DNA of 27,402 nt from Octopus sinensis (GCF_006345805.1 NW_021824671.1:1-27402); one strand, 5' to 3'. Shown: positions 12,172-22,543, counted from the stretch's first letter. Notes: generated from the sequence alone by a model not told the origin. A program made the numbers and translations.

Positions 12172-12292
12172 TGGAGTACAGGAGTGGCTGTATTATAAGT
12201 AGCTTGCTTCCCAACCACATGGTTCTGGGTTCAGTCCCATTGCGTGGCACCTTGAGCAAGTGTCTTCTACTATCGTCTTGGGCCGACCAAAG
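12172..12292 (+). mobile_element. SINE family B 5' fragment
   Basis: ggagtacaggagtggctg...gggttcagtcccattgcgtggcaccttgagcaagtgtcttctactat...ggccgaccaaag, joined directly to the RTE fragment. Confidence 0.85.
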
Positions 12293-13550
12293 ACATACTC
12301 GTTTTGTCAGCCTTCCAAAAGTTGTTGCTGCCTTCCCTACCCTGACATAAATCTCATCGTCAAGTGAAGTAGTAGGGGAAATGGTAGACCCTATATAGCA
12401 GAACCTGTCCACTGTCTCAAGCTCTTTGTCATCAAGCTTGATATGGCCCTTCACTGCGCCCTCCTGAGTGAAGATGACTGTCTTCTTTACATTGATGACC
12501 AAACCGAAGGCCTTGCATGCTGATGATAGGTGGTCCACCATTATTTGTAGAGTTTATTCACTGTGAGCAACAAGTGCCGCATCGTCGGCGAAGAGAAAGT
12601 CTCTTATTGTTGCTCTATTGATCTTAGTCTTGGCCCGAAGTCTAGAAAGATCAAAGAGTGACCTCATCAGTTCTCCAACAGAGGCAGACATCTCCCGGCA
12701 ACTCTTGAAATGCATACGGCAGCAATACAGCAAAGTAAATGCTGAAAAGGATTGGTGCTATGACACAACCTTGTTTTACTCCGCTGTTGATACTCTTTAC
12801 TTGTTTCAGTCATTTGACTGCGGCCATGCTGGAGCACCGCCTTTAGTCGAGCAAATCGACCCCGGGACTTATTCTTTGTAAGCCCAGTACTTATTCTATC
12901 GGTCTCTTTTGCCGAACCGCTAAGTGACGGGGACGTAAACACACACCAGCATCGGTTGTCAAGCAATGCTAGGGGGACAAACACAGACACACAAACACAC
13001 ACACACACATATATATATATACATATATACGACAGGCTTCTTCCAGTTTCCGTCTCCCAAATCCACACAAGGCATTGGTCGGCCCGGGGCTATAGCAGAA
13101 GACACTTGCCCAAGATGCCACGCAGTGGGACTGAACCCGGAACCATGTGGTTGGTAAGTAAGCTACTTACCACACAGCCACTCGAAGCTATCTGATATTA
13201 AACTGTCAAACTGAATGGTGGCCTTCATGTCATCATGGAACGAAACAATGAGCTGCAGTTGTATTGGGAGACAGCCATATTTTCCAAGCACCATGTTGAG
13301 TCTTGATCTGCTGACTGTATCAAACGCCTTTGTCAGATCGACAAATGCTATATGTAGTAGTAATTGCTGCTCCCGGCATTTTTCTTGTAGTTGACAAATG
13401 GAGAAGATCATATCCATTGTTGAGCGGTTAGATCTAAAACCGCACTGGCTCTCTGGTAGTATTCTTTCTGCTAGCTTCTGAAGTCGTTTCAGAATGATCC
13501 TCGCAAGAGCTTTTCCACTGATGCTCAGAAGTGAGATGCCTCTGTAGTAC
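12293..13550 (-). pseudogene. RTE-clade LINE reverse-transcriptase fragment, interrupted by SINE B
   Basis: YRGISLLSISGKALARIILKRL..LPESQCGFRSNRSTMDMIF..QEKCREQ..AFVDLTKAFDTVSR; then, after the SINE, INSGVKQGCVIAPILFSIYF..DFLFADDAALVAHSE*..FGLVINVKKT..VDRFCYIGS..EIYVRVGKAATTFGRLTKRV. Confidence 0.93.
12793..13183 (-). mobile_element. SINE family B nested in the RTE RT region
   Basis: Near-full copy lacking the first few nt. gagt microhomology at both junctions, between the RT codons ...SDSF and INSGVKQG. Confidence 0.92.
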
Positions 13551-13664
13551 AAAAGCCCGTTATAACAGAGAGAGGGCGAAAGAGAAGCAGATAGAGAATA
13601 TTCTGGTTTTGATAACATCAAGGCCTGAACATTGGCGACGGCTGACAATGAAGATGTCTTGAGT

Positions 13665-14044
13665 GGAAGCACTCCGTCGGTTACGACGATGAAGGTTCCG
13701 GTTGATCCGATCAACGGAACAGCCTGCTCGTGAAATTAACGTGTAAGTGGCTGAGCACTCCACAGACACGTGTACCCTTAACGTAGTTCTCGGGGATATT
13801 CAGCGTGACACAGAGAGTGACAAGGCCGGCCCTTTGAAATACAGGTACAACAGAAAAGGAGGTAAGAGTGAGAGAAAGTTGTGGTGAAAGAGTACAGCAG
13901 GGATCACCACCATCCCCTGCCGGAGCCTCGTGGAGCTTTAGATGTTTTCGCTCAATAAACACTCACAACGCCCGGTCTGGGAATCGAAACCGCGATCCTA
14001 CGACCGCGAGTCCGCTGCCCTAACCACTGGGCCATTGCGCCTCC
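13665..14044 (-). mobile_element. SINE family C, full length, tRNA(Arg)-like head (OR1-like candidate)
   Basis: Head ggaggcgcaatggcccagtggttagggcagcggactcgcggtcgtaggatcgcggtttcgattccc (TCG at the anticodon position). 3' hairpins gttccgttgatcggatcaaccggaac and cgtcgtaaccgacg. Perfect 13-bp TSD agatgtcttgagt at 13652-13664 and 14045-14057. The OR1 name is unverified. Confidence 0.9.
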
Positions 14045-14303
14045 AGATGTCTTGAGTAGCATCACAACGACCAGCTGCATCAGTTAAGGGATCTTGTTAA
14101 TCGATGTCGATGAGTTTATGAACAAGTTTCAGGCATGGTCATGTGATTAAGGAGTTCTTTTCGTAATCATGTGATTCCCGCTTCGATTTCATAGCGCCAG
14201 ATCAACTATAGCAAAGATGAAGTGACCCTACCCAGATAAAGTAACACCACCCAGATATAGTAATCCTACCCCAATAAATTAACCCTTTTCAGATGAAGAA
14301 ACC

Positions 14304-14533
14304 TATTTCTTTATTACCCACAAGGGGCTAAACACAGAGGGAACAAACAAGGACAGACATAGGTACTAAGTCGATTACATCGACCCCAGTTCGTAACTGG
14401 TACTTAATTTATCGACCCCGAAGGGATGAAAGGCAGAGTCGACCTCGGCGGAATTTAAACTCACAACGTAACGCAGACGAAATACCGCTAAGCATTTCGC
14501 CCGGCGTGCTAACGTTTCTGCCAGCTCGCCGCC
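14304..14533 (-). mobile_element. SINE family A, full length
   Basis: Perfect 16-bp TSD ttcagatgaagaaacc at 14288-14303 and 14534-14549. Confidence 0.95.
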
Positions 14534-14744
14534 TTCAGATGAAGAAACCCTATACACCTTATCATCTTTGATGTCGGACTGTGCAACAAATCCGCCACAT
14601 CTTCCACATAATTCCACACTCGATTTATTATCTTCCACATAATTATCTTCCATATAATTCCACATTCGATTCATCATAGACAACTAGTGTGGTTCTACAC
14701 TATCATTTAAATGTTTCGAACAACATTAATTAATTATCCGGTTT

Positions 14745-15035
14745 TTGACGCCAACAAACGATTAAACAATCTCTCTGACGACACCTCTGGTGAGACTTGA
14801 TATTTTATTGTTGCTTTATACTACTAAATAACAAATTAGGATGATTATAATGAGCGTGATTAACATGCCAGAAACAACAGCCTAATCAGACGATATGCCT
14901 CACAGTGGGTAGGTAAATTGTGAGTTCAAATCTCTCAAGGGAAAAAGATTCTCTATCATCATTCCTACTATAGAGTATAAATTCCAAAGAATTTGGTACG
15001 AAGAAACAAGTAGCATCATGACCATGAACTCCTTA
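14745..15035 (+). repeat. Dispersed repeat D, copy 1 (inverted homolog of 17900-18186)
   Basis: Collinear blocks shared with the reverse complement of 17900-18186: tttgac.ccaa, ctgacgaca, tgagac.tgat, gatgattataatgagcgtga, cagacga, gagttcaaatc, cattcct, aatttggt. Confidence 0.8.
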
Positions 15036-15142
15036 ATCCCGGGGGAGGCAAGAAATAAAAAAAAAATTAAAACACGAGAAAAAATCGGACACTTCATAAA
15101 GACACGAACAAAATATATGAAAAGCATTTTATCTGCCTAGAG

Positions 15143-15440
15143 CGGTGGTTCCAAAAGCAGGTGGTGGTAAGATCCAGTGGGGTGTTGAAGAAAAGATCGG
15201 CGATAATGGGGTGGCCAAATAATGGATTAATTAGGTTAAGTTTTATTTGTAAAATACAATTGTTTTGAATTTGCCACAGAAAGTGGTATACGTCTGTGTT
15301 GGTGAGCGGGGGGATGGGGTGCCAGAAACGTGGCTCGGGTGCCAGAAACGTGGCTCGGGTGCCAGAAACGTGGCTCGGGTGCCAGAAACGTGGCTTGGGT
15401 GCCAAAGGGGTAGCAGTGTGAAAATATTTGGGAACCACCG
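15143..15440. mobile_element. hAT (Charlie/Buster-type) non-autonomous DNA transposon / MITE
   Basis: TIRs cggtggttccaaaa / tttgggaaccaccg (13/14 match). 8-bp TSD gcctagag (15135-15142) / tcctagag (15441-15448) with the central TA typical of Buster-group hATs. Confidence 0.85.
15317..15404 (+). repeat. 20-bp minisatellite (gggtgccagaaacgtggctc) x4.4 inside the hAT MITE
   Basis: Four nearly identical units plus gggtgcca. Confidence 0.97.
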
Positions 15441-15770
15441 TCCTAGAGGAAATATTTGAATTTCATAGTTCTTTGCATAAAAATGTAAGGACAAATCGGA
15501 TTAATGAACTCTGCTGGCCACAACCAGCAGAACCAAGCCGCCATCTTGAGACAATGAGGAAGAGATAGAAAACAAGCAGAAATGGCAGATTATTGGAAAC
15601 TGTGCGATTTTGTGGAATACTCAAATAATTGAGTGTTAGTGAAAACCCCATTAGACGTCTATAGTAAGGGCACCTCTACAGATATTCTATAGAAATTATA
15701 GAATATCTGTTGGCATAACCTCAACAAGTGATGTAAAGGACACTGTTAACACACTTGAACGCGGTATTGA

Positions 15771-16209
15771 CTTTTTTATTCTTTTCTTTTATTCTTTTAC
15801 TTGTTTCAGTCATTTGACTGCGGCCATGCTGGAGCACCGCCTTTAGTCGAGCAAATCGACCCCGGGACTTATTCCTTTGTAAGCCCAGTACTTATTCTAT
15901 CGGTCTCTTTTTCCGAACCGCTAAGTGACGGGGACGTAAACACACCAGCATCAGTTGTCAAGCAATGCCAGGGGGACAAACACAGACATAGAAACACACA
16001 CACACACGCACACACACATATATATATACATATATATACATATATACGACAGGCTTCTTTCAGTTTCCGTCTACCAAATCCACTCACAAGGCATTGGTCG
16101 GCCCGGGGCTATAGCAGAAGACACTTGCCCAAGATGCCACGCAGTGGGACTGAACCCGGAACCATGTGGTTGGTTAGCAAGCTACTTACTACACAGCCAC
16201 TTCTGCGCC
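15771..16209 (-). mobile_element. SINE family B, full length
   Basis: Head ggcgcagaagtggctgtgt..., internal (TA)/(TG) tract, (gaataaaa)n-like tail; no clear TSD. Confidence 0.92.
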
Positions 16210-17196
16210 TTGTAAAAGAAAAAAAAAACAAAAAACAAAAAAAAAAGAAAAAACGTTTGATATACTTTATGATGTATTAACTTAAAAGCCGCACTCCGTG
16301 TGGGCATTTAGGTTAGCTCCTGTGGTGGGCTGATTGGGCCCGCACCCTAAAGAGAGCAATGATAATAAAGCATTTAATGGTCTACAAATATGGTATTACT
16401 CTAAATTCAGTTTAAACGAAAAGCTTGTAAGTTCACAAATTTTTGGAGTTCTTTTAAAATTTGAATTTTCAAATGTTAGCTTATAACACATCCTCATCCA
16501 GACCTGATCTCAATGCAGGGTGTCCAGGAACTGAATGAAGGACAGATTGTCAATCCCGGGATCATCCTGATTCCAAAAAGGTTATAATATATGTAGAGTA
16601 AACGTAGACCGTGAGCTTACGGGTCGGCCCACGCTGGATTGTCACGCTCTAGGTGACCGTCGCACCCCAAGGGGGTCCAGACTATATTGAGGGTTAGCAG
16701 TCGGCAGGTCGGGAAGGTTGCCGATGCTCGTCGCTGACCGGCGGCAGCAGGCGGCTTTTCGGGCGGGGTCCCGCGACCGCAAAGCGCGCGCGCCTCCCTC
16801 TGGCGAGGGAAGAGCGACACCCGGCAGGGGTCCCGGCAGACAGACAGAATTTCGTGTTTATTGTTATAGACTATGGTTGCATAACAAAATACTGTGTCTC
16901 CGACAAGCCAGAGGTCTATGATGAATTAACGTAGAATTATCGACCTTTTTACCTCTCCTACGTAGAAATGTAGAAAGACATCAAGTTACTTATGCTTTTT
17001 AAATGTATCGCAGATCGCATTTTATTCCCTGAACAACCAATAGGAAAGCCTTTTTTCCCCAACATTCACGACTGGGGCACAACACCAGCATTATGTTGTG
17101 CTCTTGAGGATCCATGAAAACATGCATCAATAAGGACGGCACTGTATACATAATCACCAAAAGACATGTCGTCCCTGATCCTCTGCTGCCTATACC

Positions 17197-17881
17197 TATT
17201 TCTTTATTACCCACAAGGGGTAATAAACATAGAGTAAACATAGAGGGGACAAACAAGGACAGACATAGGTATTAAGTCGATTACATCGACTCCAGTGCGT
17301 AACTGGTACTTAATTTATCGACCCCGAAAGGATGAAAGGCAAAGTCGACTTCGGCGGGATTTGAACTCACAAATCCCGCTGAGGTCGACTTTGCCTATAC
17401 CTATTTCTTTATTACCCACAAGAGGCTAAACAGGGGGGGGGGACAAACAGGGACAGACATAAGTATTAAGTAGATTATATCGACCTCAGTACGCAACTGG
17501 TACTTAATTTATCGACCCCGAAAGGATGAAAGGCAAAGTCGACTTTAGCCCCTTGTGGGTAATAAAGAAATAGGTATAGGCAAAGTCGACCTCGGCGGGA
17601 TTTGAACTCACAAATCCCGCCGAGGTCGACTTTGCCTATACCTATTTCTTTATTACCCACAAGGGGCTAAACACAGGTGGGGGGGGGGACAAACAAGGAC
17701 AGACATAGGTATTAAGTCGATTATATCGACCGCAGTACGCAACTGGTACTTAATTTATCGACCCCGAAAAGTATGAAAGGCAAAGTCGACCTCGGCGGAA
17801 TTTGAACTCAGAACGTAACGGCAGACGAAATGCCGCAAAGCATTTCGCCCGGCGCGCTAACGTTTCTGCCAGCTCGCCGCC
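17197..17881 (-). mobile_element. Rearranged SINE A cluster with fold-back inversions
   Basis: One full minus-strand copy (17643-17881), two partial minus copies and short plus-strand pieces. The target-derived string gcctatacc recurs at 17188, 17393, 17634 and 17879. Confidence 0.9.
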
Positions 17882-17899
17882 TATACCGTGTCACGAACC

Positions 17900-18186
17900 A
17901 GCAATCAAGATGTTAATGATCGCGGTACTTCATGTTTGTTTGCACCAAATTTTGTGACAGGAATGGAAGAAAAGAGAATTTTTTTTGCCCCTCTGGGATT
18001 TGAACTCAACTATTTATTTACTCGCTGTGAGATATGTCGTCTGAGAAGTCTATTGTTTCTACCATTTGTCACGCTCATTATAATCATCGTAATTTTAATT
18101 GTTATTTGGTAAGAACAGCAATAATAAAGCATCAGGTCTCATTAGGGATGTCGTCAGAAAAAAATTAATTAGTTTTTGGTGTCAAA
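17900..18186 (-). repeat. Dispersed repeat D, copy 2
   Basis: The reverse complement aligns by eye to 14745-15035. Confidence 0.8.
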
Positions 18187-18261
18187 CACAGAGAAATGAA
18201 GGGAATGAAGGAGTGTTGGATGAAAGAAAGGTATGGAACATTCCATAAGGGAGGGTGGGGA

Positions 18262-18376
18262 TAGCTATGTGTGTGTGTGTGTTTGTGTGTGTATTTGCGT
18301 GTGTGTGTGTGTGTTTGTGTTTGTGCGTGTATTTGCGTGTTGTGTGGTGTGTGTGTGTGTGTATGTGTGTATTTGC

Positions 18377-18407
<31 letters not shown>

Positions 18408-19035
18408 CGTGTGTGTGTGTGTGTATGTGTGCGTGTGTGTGTGTGCGTTTGTGTTTGTGTGTGTATTTGCGTGTGTGTGGTGTGTGTGTATGTGTGTGTG
18501 GTGTATGTGTGGTGTATGTGTGCGTGTGTGTGTTGTGCGTTTGTGTTTGTGTGTGTATTTGCGTGGTGTGTGTGTTGTGTATGTGTGTGTGTGTGTATGT
18601 GTGTGTATGTGTGCGTGTGTGTGTGTGCGTTTGTGTTTGTGTGTGTATTTGCGTGTGTGTGTGTGTGTTTGTGTTTGTGCGTGTATTTGTGTGTGTGTGT
18701 GTGCGTTTGTGTTTGTGTGTGTATTTGCGTGTGTGTTGTGTGTGTGTGTATGTGTGTGTGTGTGTATGTGTGTGTATGTGTGCGTGTGTGTGTGTGCGTT
18801 TGTGTTTGTGTGTGTATTTGCGTGTGTGTGTGTGTGTGTGTGTATGTGTGTGTGTGTGTATGTGTGTGTATGTGTGCGTGTGTGTGTGTGCGTTTGTGTT
18901 TGTGTGTGTATTTGCGTGTGTGTGTGTGTGTGTGTATGTGTGTGTGTGTGTATGTGTGTGTATGTGTGCGTGTGTGTGTGTGTGTTTGTGTGTTTGTGTG
19001 TGTATTTAACGTGTGTGTGTGTTTGTGTGCGACTG
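18262..19035. repeat. (GT)-based compound satellite with the recurring motif gtgcgtttgtgtttgtgtgtgtatttgcgtg
   Basis: tatttgcgtg recurs about nine times, mostly ~80-95 bp apart. Confidence 0.92.
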
Positions 19036-19059
19036 CTTAACCATCTTCTCCTGTCTCTT

Positions 19060-19665
19060 CATATATATGTATGTATGTATACACACACACACACACATTC
19101 ACATACATACATACATACATACATACATCATACATACAAACATATATACATACATCATACATACAAACATATATACATACATACATACATACATACATCA
19201 TACATACATACATCATACATACATACATCATACATACATACATACATACATGCATATACATATATGTGTGTTTGTGCGTGTGTGTATGTGCCTGTCTAAC
19301 TATCCTTTCTCTTCACACACACACATGCACACATATGTATGTATGTATGTATGCATGCATGTATGTATGCATGCATGTATGTATGTATGTATGTATTTAT
19401 GTATTTATGTATGCATGCATGCATGTATGCATGTATGTATGTATGTATGTATGTATGTATGTATGTATCTATGTATGTATTCATGCATGCATGTATGCAT
19501 GTATGTATGTATGTATGTATGTATGCATGCATGCATGCATGCATGTATGTATGTATGTATGTATGTATGTATGTATGTATGTATGTATGTACGTACGTAC
19601 GTACGTATGTATGTATGTATGTATGTATGTATGTATACATATATGTATGTATGTATGTATGTATG

Positions 19666-19696
<31 letters not shown>

Positions 19697-19725
19697 ATCT
19701 ATGTGTGTACGTGTGTGCGTGTGTG
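19060..19725. repeat. (ACAT)n followed by (TATG)/(TGCA)n microsatellites
   Basis: Direct reading. Confidence 0.95.
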
Positions 19726-19876
19726 TTGCATTAATTTAATCGAGGCAACGTCTATTCCCCGCATTATTGATCACAGGATTCCATCAATATGACCAATTGT
19801 TGATCTGTCGGGCATAAAATTCTTCATTCTTCAGGTTTCGAACCAAAGTAACGCTCAATATCATTTTTAAACCCTT

Positions 19877-19925
19877 CAGCATGGCTTAAGTCAAATGACT
19901 GAAACAAATAAGAGAATAAAAGAAT
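19877..19925 (+). mobile_element. Isolated 3' tail of SINE B (or of its partner LINE), severely 5'-truncated
   Basis: cagcatggcttaagtcaaatgactgaaacaaataagagaataaaagaat. Confidence 0.7.
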
Positions 19926-20104
19926 ATATATATATTATATTCTCTGGTTTCTCTTTTTTGTTTTTTTCGTTGTACGAAAAAAAGTTCGTTTTCCATGTTT
20001 AAGTTGTTCTCGTTTTTCATTTTGTTCACGTTTCTTGACGTCCTGTACCCATATATGCATGTATATATACTTATATATGTAGGTATGTACGTATGTGTAT
20101 GTAT

Positions 20105-20150
20105 ATATGCATATAATATATATATATATATATATAAATATATATATTAT

Positions 20151-20238
<88 letters not shown>
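20105..20238. repeat. (TA)n microsatellite
   Basis: Direct reading. Confidence 0.95.
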
Positions 20239-20240
<2 letters not shown>

Positions 20241-20440
20241 GTGAAATAGAAAGATGAATAATCTTGTAGTAGATTAATCAAAAGTTTAACCGATACTTTA
20301 GTAGCAAAATCACAGCAGTAAACAGCACGGTTGGAGGTACAACCATATGGTGTTGCAACCGTGCGTTGGTGCGGATAATTGAAATTAAAACATTATTGGT
20401 GATTGAAGAAATGGAGCTGAACGCAGATTGAACAGAAATC

Positions 20441-20542
20441 GTTTTATTTCATTCTACACGTGTTTCGAAAGGCACAAATTACCAAAATCCGATTGAATAA
20501 TGGGACCATATTGTGTCTTTCTCTTCAGAAGAAGAAAATAGG
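20441..20542 (-). ncRNA. Putative type I hammerhead ribozyme with intact catalytic core
   Basis: Minus strand: CUGAAGA (20528-20522), stem II gaaagacacaa/uugugccuuuc (10 of 11 pairs, closed by G10.1-C11.1), GAAA, palindromic stem III cacgug, U16.1, H17=A. Stem I is imperfect. Confidence 0.65.
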
Positions 20543-20589
20543 AAATCCGTTGGAAAAACAAAAACAGAACAGAGGCGGAGCAAAAACAA

Positions 20590-20654
20590 ATCGAACTATG
20601 CTCCTAAGAGCCCATGGCGAAACTCGCCATGGGCTCTTAGGAGCATAGTTCGAT
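20590..20654. repeat. Perfect 31-bp inverted repeat with a 3-nt spacer
   Basis: atcgaactatgctcctaagagcccatggcga-aac-tcgccatgggctcttaggagcatagttcgat. Confidence 0.97.
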
Positions 20655-20666
20655 ATATATTTATGT

Positions 20667-20781
20667 GTGGAGCTTAGGGGTTTCGCTCATAAATACACAC
20701 ATCGCCCGATCTGAGATTCGAACCCGCGATCCCTCGACCGACCGCGAGTCCGATGCTCTAACCACTAGGCCATGTGCTTCC
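20667..20781 (-). mobile_element. SINE family C-related 5' fragment
   Basis: ggaagcacatggcctagtggttagagcatcggactcgcgg...gggttcgaatctcagatcgggcg...gagcgaaacccctaagctccac parallels the head of 13665-14044. Confidence 0.85.
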
Positions 20782-20997
20782 ACTCCCACCACCTTGCGAC
20801 CATGAGGAAGAGATGCAAAATAAAACAGGGATGGCTGATTGTTGGTGGCAGCAGGAAGGGCAAGGAACGGAATAAGGGCTTCAGAAAAATATAAAGCGTG
20901 AACAAAAGGTATGGAAAAGATCCCATTTCGCAGCAGAACTGCGTCAATTTCACAGTTCTTCACACAATGTTACTGTCGATTATTTACTACCTTCACA

Positions 20998-21057
<60 letters not shown>
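20998..21057. repeat. (CA)n microsatellite
   Basis: Direct reading. Confidence 0.95.
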
Positions 21058-21058
<1 letters not shown>

Positions 21059-21281
21059 GCGCGCGTCTACCCCCCTCTCTCTGTGTCTTCCTCGTTTTGT
21101 TCTGTTGCAGACCTTATTCAAAAGTTCAAAAGTTACAACCTTGTCAGCCATATTGTATCACGCTGTTTGTGTTAGCATTACATTAAGGTCACAAGGACCG
21201 TACAACTGGATGACCACCGTCGAAGCAGTAGAAGACCCACAGCGACCATATATATGAATATATATATATACATATATATAC

Positions 21282-21312
<31 letters not shown>

Positions 21313-21375
21313 ACACACACAGACACATACATCAATAGACATACATGTACATATACGTATATACGTAAATATCTG

Positions 21376-21417
<42 letters not shown>

Positions 21418-21418
<1 letters not shown>

Positions 21419-21628
21419 TCTTTACTTTTACTCTTTTACTTGTTTCAGTCTTCTGACAGCGGCCATGCTGGAGCACCGCCATCCTGGAGCAACTCAACCC
21501 CGCGACTTATTCTTTTGTAAGCCCAGTACTTATTCTATCGGTCTTTTGCTGAACCGCTAAGTAACGGAGACATAAACACACCAGCATCGGTTGTCAAGCA
21601 ATGCTAGGGGGACAAACACAGACACACA

Positions 21629-21664
<36 letters not shown>

Positions 21665-21841
21665 TGCATATATATATATACATATATACGACGGGCTTCT
21701 TTCAGCTTCCATCTACCAAATCCACTCACAAGGCTTTAGTCGATCCGAGGCTATAGTAGAAGACACTTGCCCAAGGTGCCACGCAGTGGGACTGAACCCG
21801 GAACCATTTGGTTCGTAAGCAAGCTACGTACCACAAAGCCA
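21418..21841 (-). mobile_element. SINE family B, near full length
   Basis: Body, internal microsatellite and (gagtaaaa)n tail match the other B copies. Confidence 0.9.
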
Positions 21842-21970
21842 TACATGTATACATACGTATACATGTATACATGTATACATGGATAGACATACATGTATAC
21901 ATACGTATATACGTAAATATATGTGTGTATATATATATAAATATATATAAATATATATATATATATATCT

Positions 21971-22026
<56 letters not shown>

Positions 22027-22119
22027 TATATATTATATATTATATTTATATGTATTTATAGATATGTCTGCATACATATGTTTCTCTCACTTTTTCTCTC
22101 TCCCTCTCACCTTGCATAT

Positions 22120-22543
22120 GCGTGGCTGTATGATAAGAAGCTTGCTTACCAACCACATGGCTCCGTGTTCAGTCCCACTGCGTGGCACCTTCAGCAAGTG
22201 TCTCCTACTATAGCCTCGGTTCAACCAAAACCTTTTGAGTGGATTTGGTAGAAGGAAACGGAAAGAAGCCCGTCATATATATGTATATATGTATGTGTAT
22301 GTGTATGTGTGTGCGTGTATGTGTGTGTGTGTGTGTGTGTGTCTGTGTTCGTCCCCCCAACATCGCTTGACAACCGATGTTGGTGTGTTAAGGTCCCCGC
22401 AACTTAGCGGTTCGGCAAAAGAGACCGATAGAATAAGTACTAGGCTTACAAACAATAAGTCCTGGGGTCGAATTGTTCGACTAAAGGCGTGCTCCAGCAT
22501 GGCCGCAGTCAAACGACTGCAACCAATAAGAGAATAAAAGAAT
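22120..22543 (+). mobile_element. SINE family B, near full length
   Basis: gcgtggctgtatgataagaagcttgc...gcaccttcagcaagtgtc...(TA/TG)n...aaaggcgtgctccagcatggccgcagtcaaacgactgcaaccaataagagaataaaag. Confidence 0.92.

Noticed and set aside
13975-14044. tRNA-Arg(TCG) gene
   Set aside because: The cloverleaf is imperfect, it continues into a SINE body, and it is bounded by a 13-bp TSD. The other tRNA-like heads were rejected for the same kind of reason.
14131-14198. Very decayed SINE-B-like tRNA head
   Set aside because: The similarity is too weak and no body follows.
15537-15548. YY1-type motif gccgccatcttg next to a 7-bp hairpin
   Set aside because: An isolated short motif with no promoter context; expected by chance.
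16780-16850. HDV-like ribozyme (cgcc-tccctct-ggcg resembles P3/L3)
   Set aside because: I could not build P1, P1.1 or P2 pairings, and the L3 G is missing.
19060-19700. (ACAT)n followed by (ATGT)n as a large inverted repeat
   Set aside because: A trivial consequence of adjacent complementary microsatellites, seen several times in the window.
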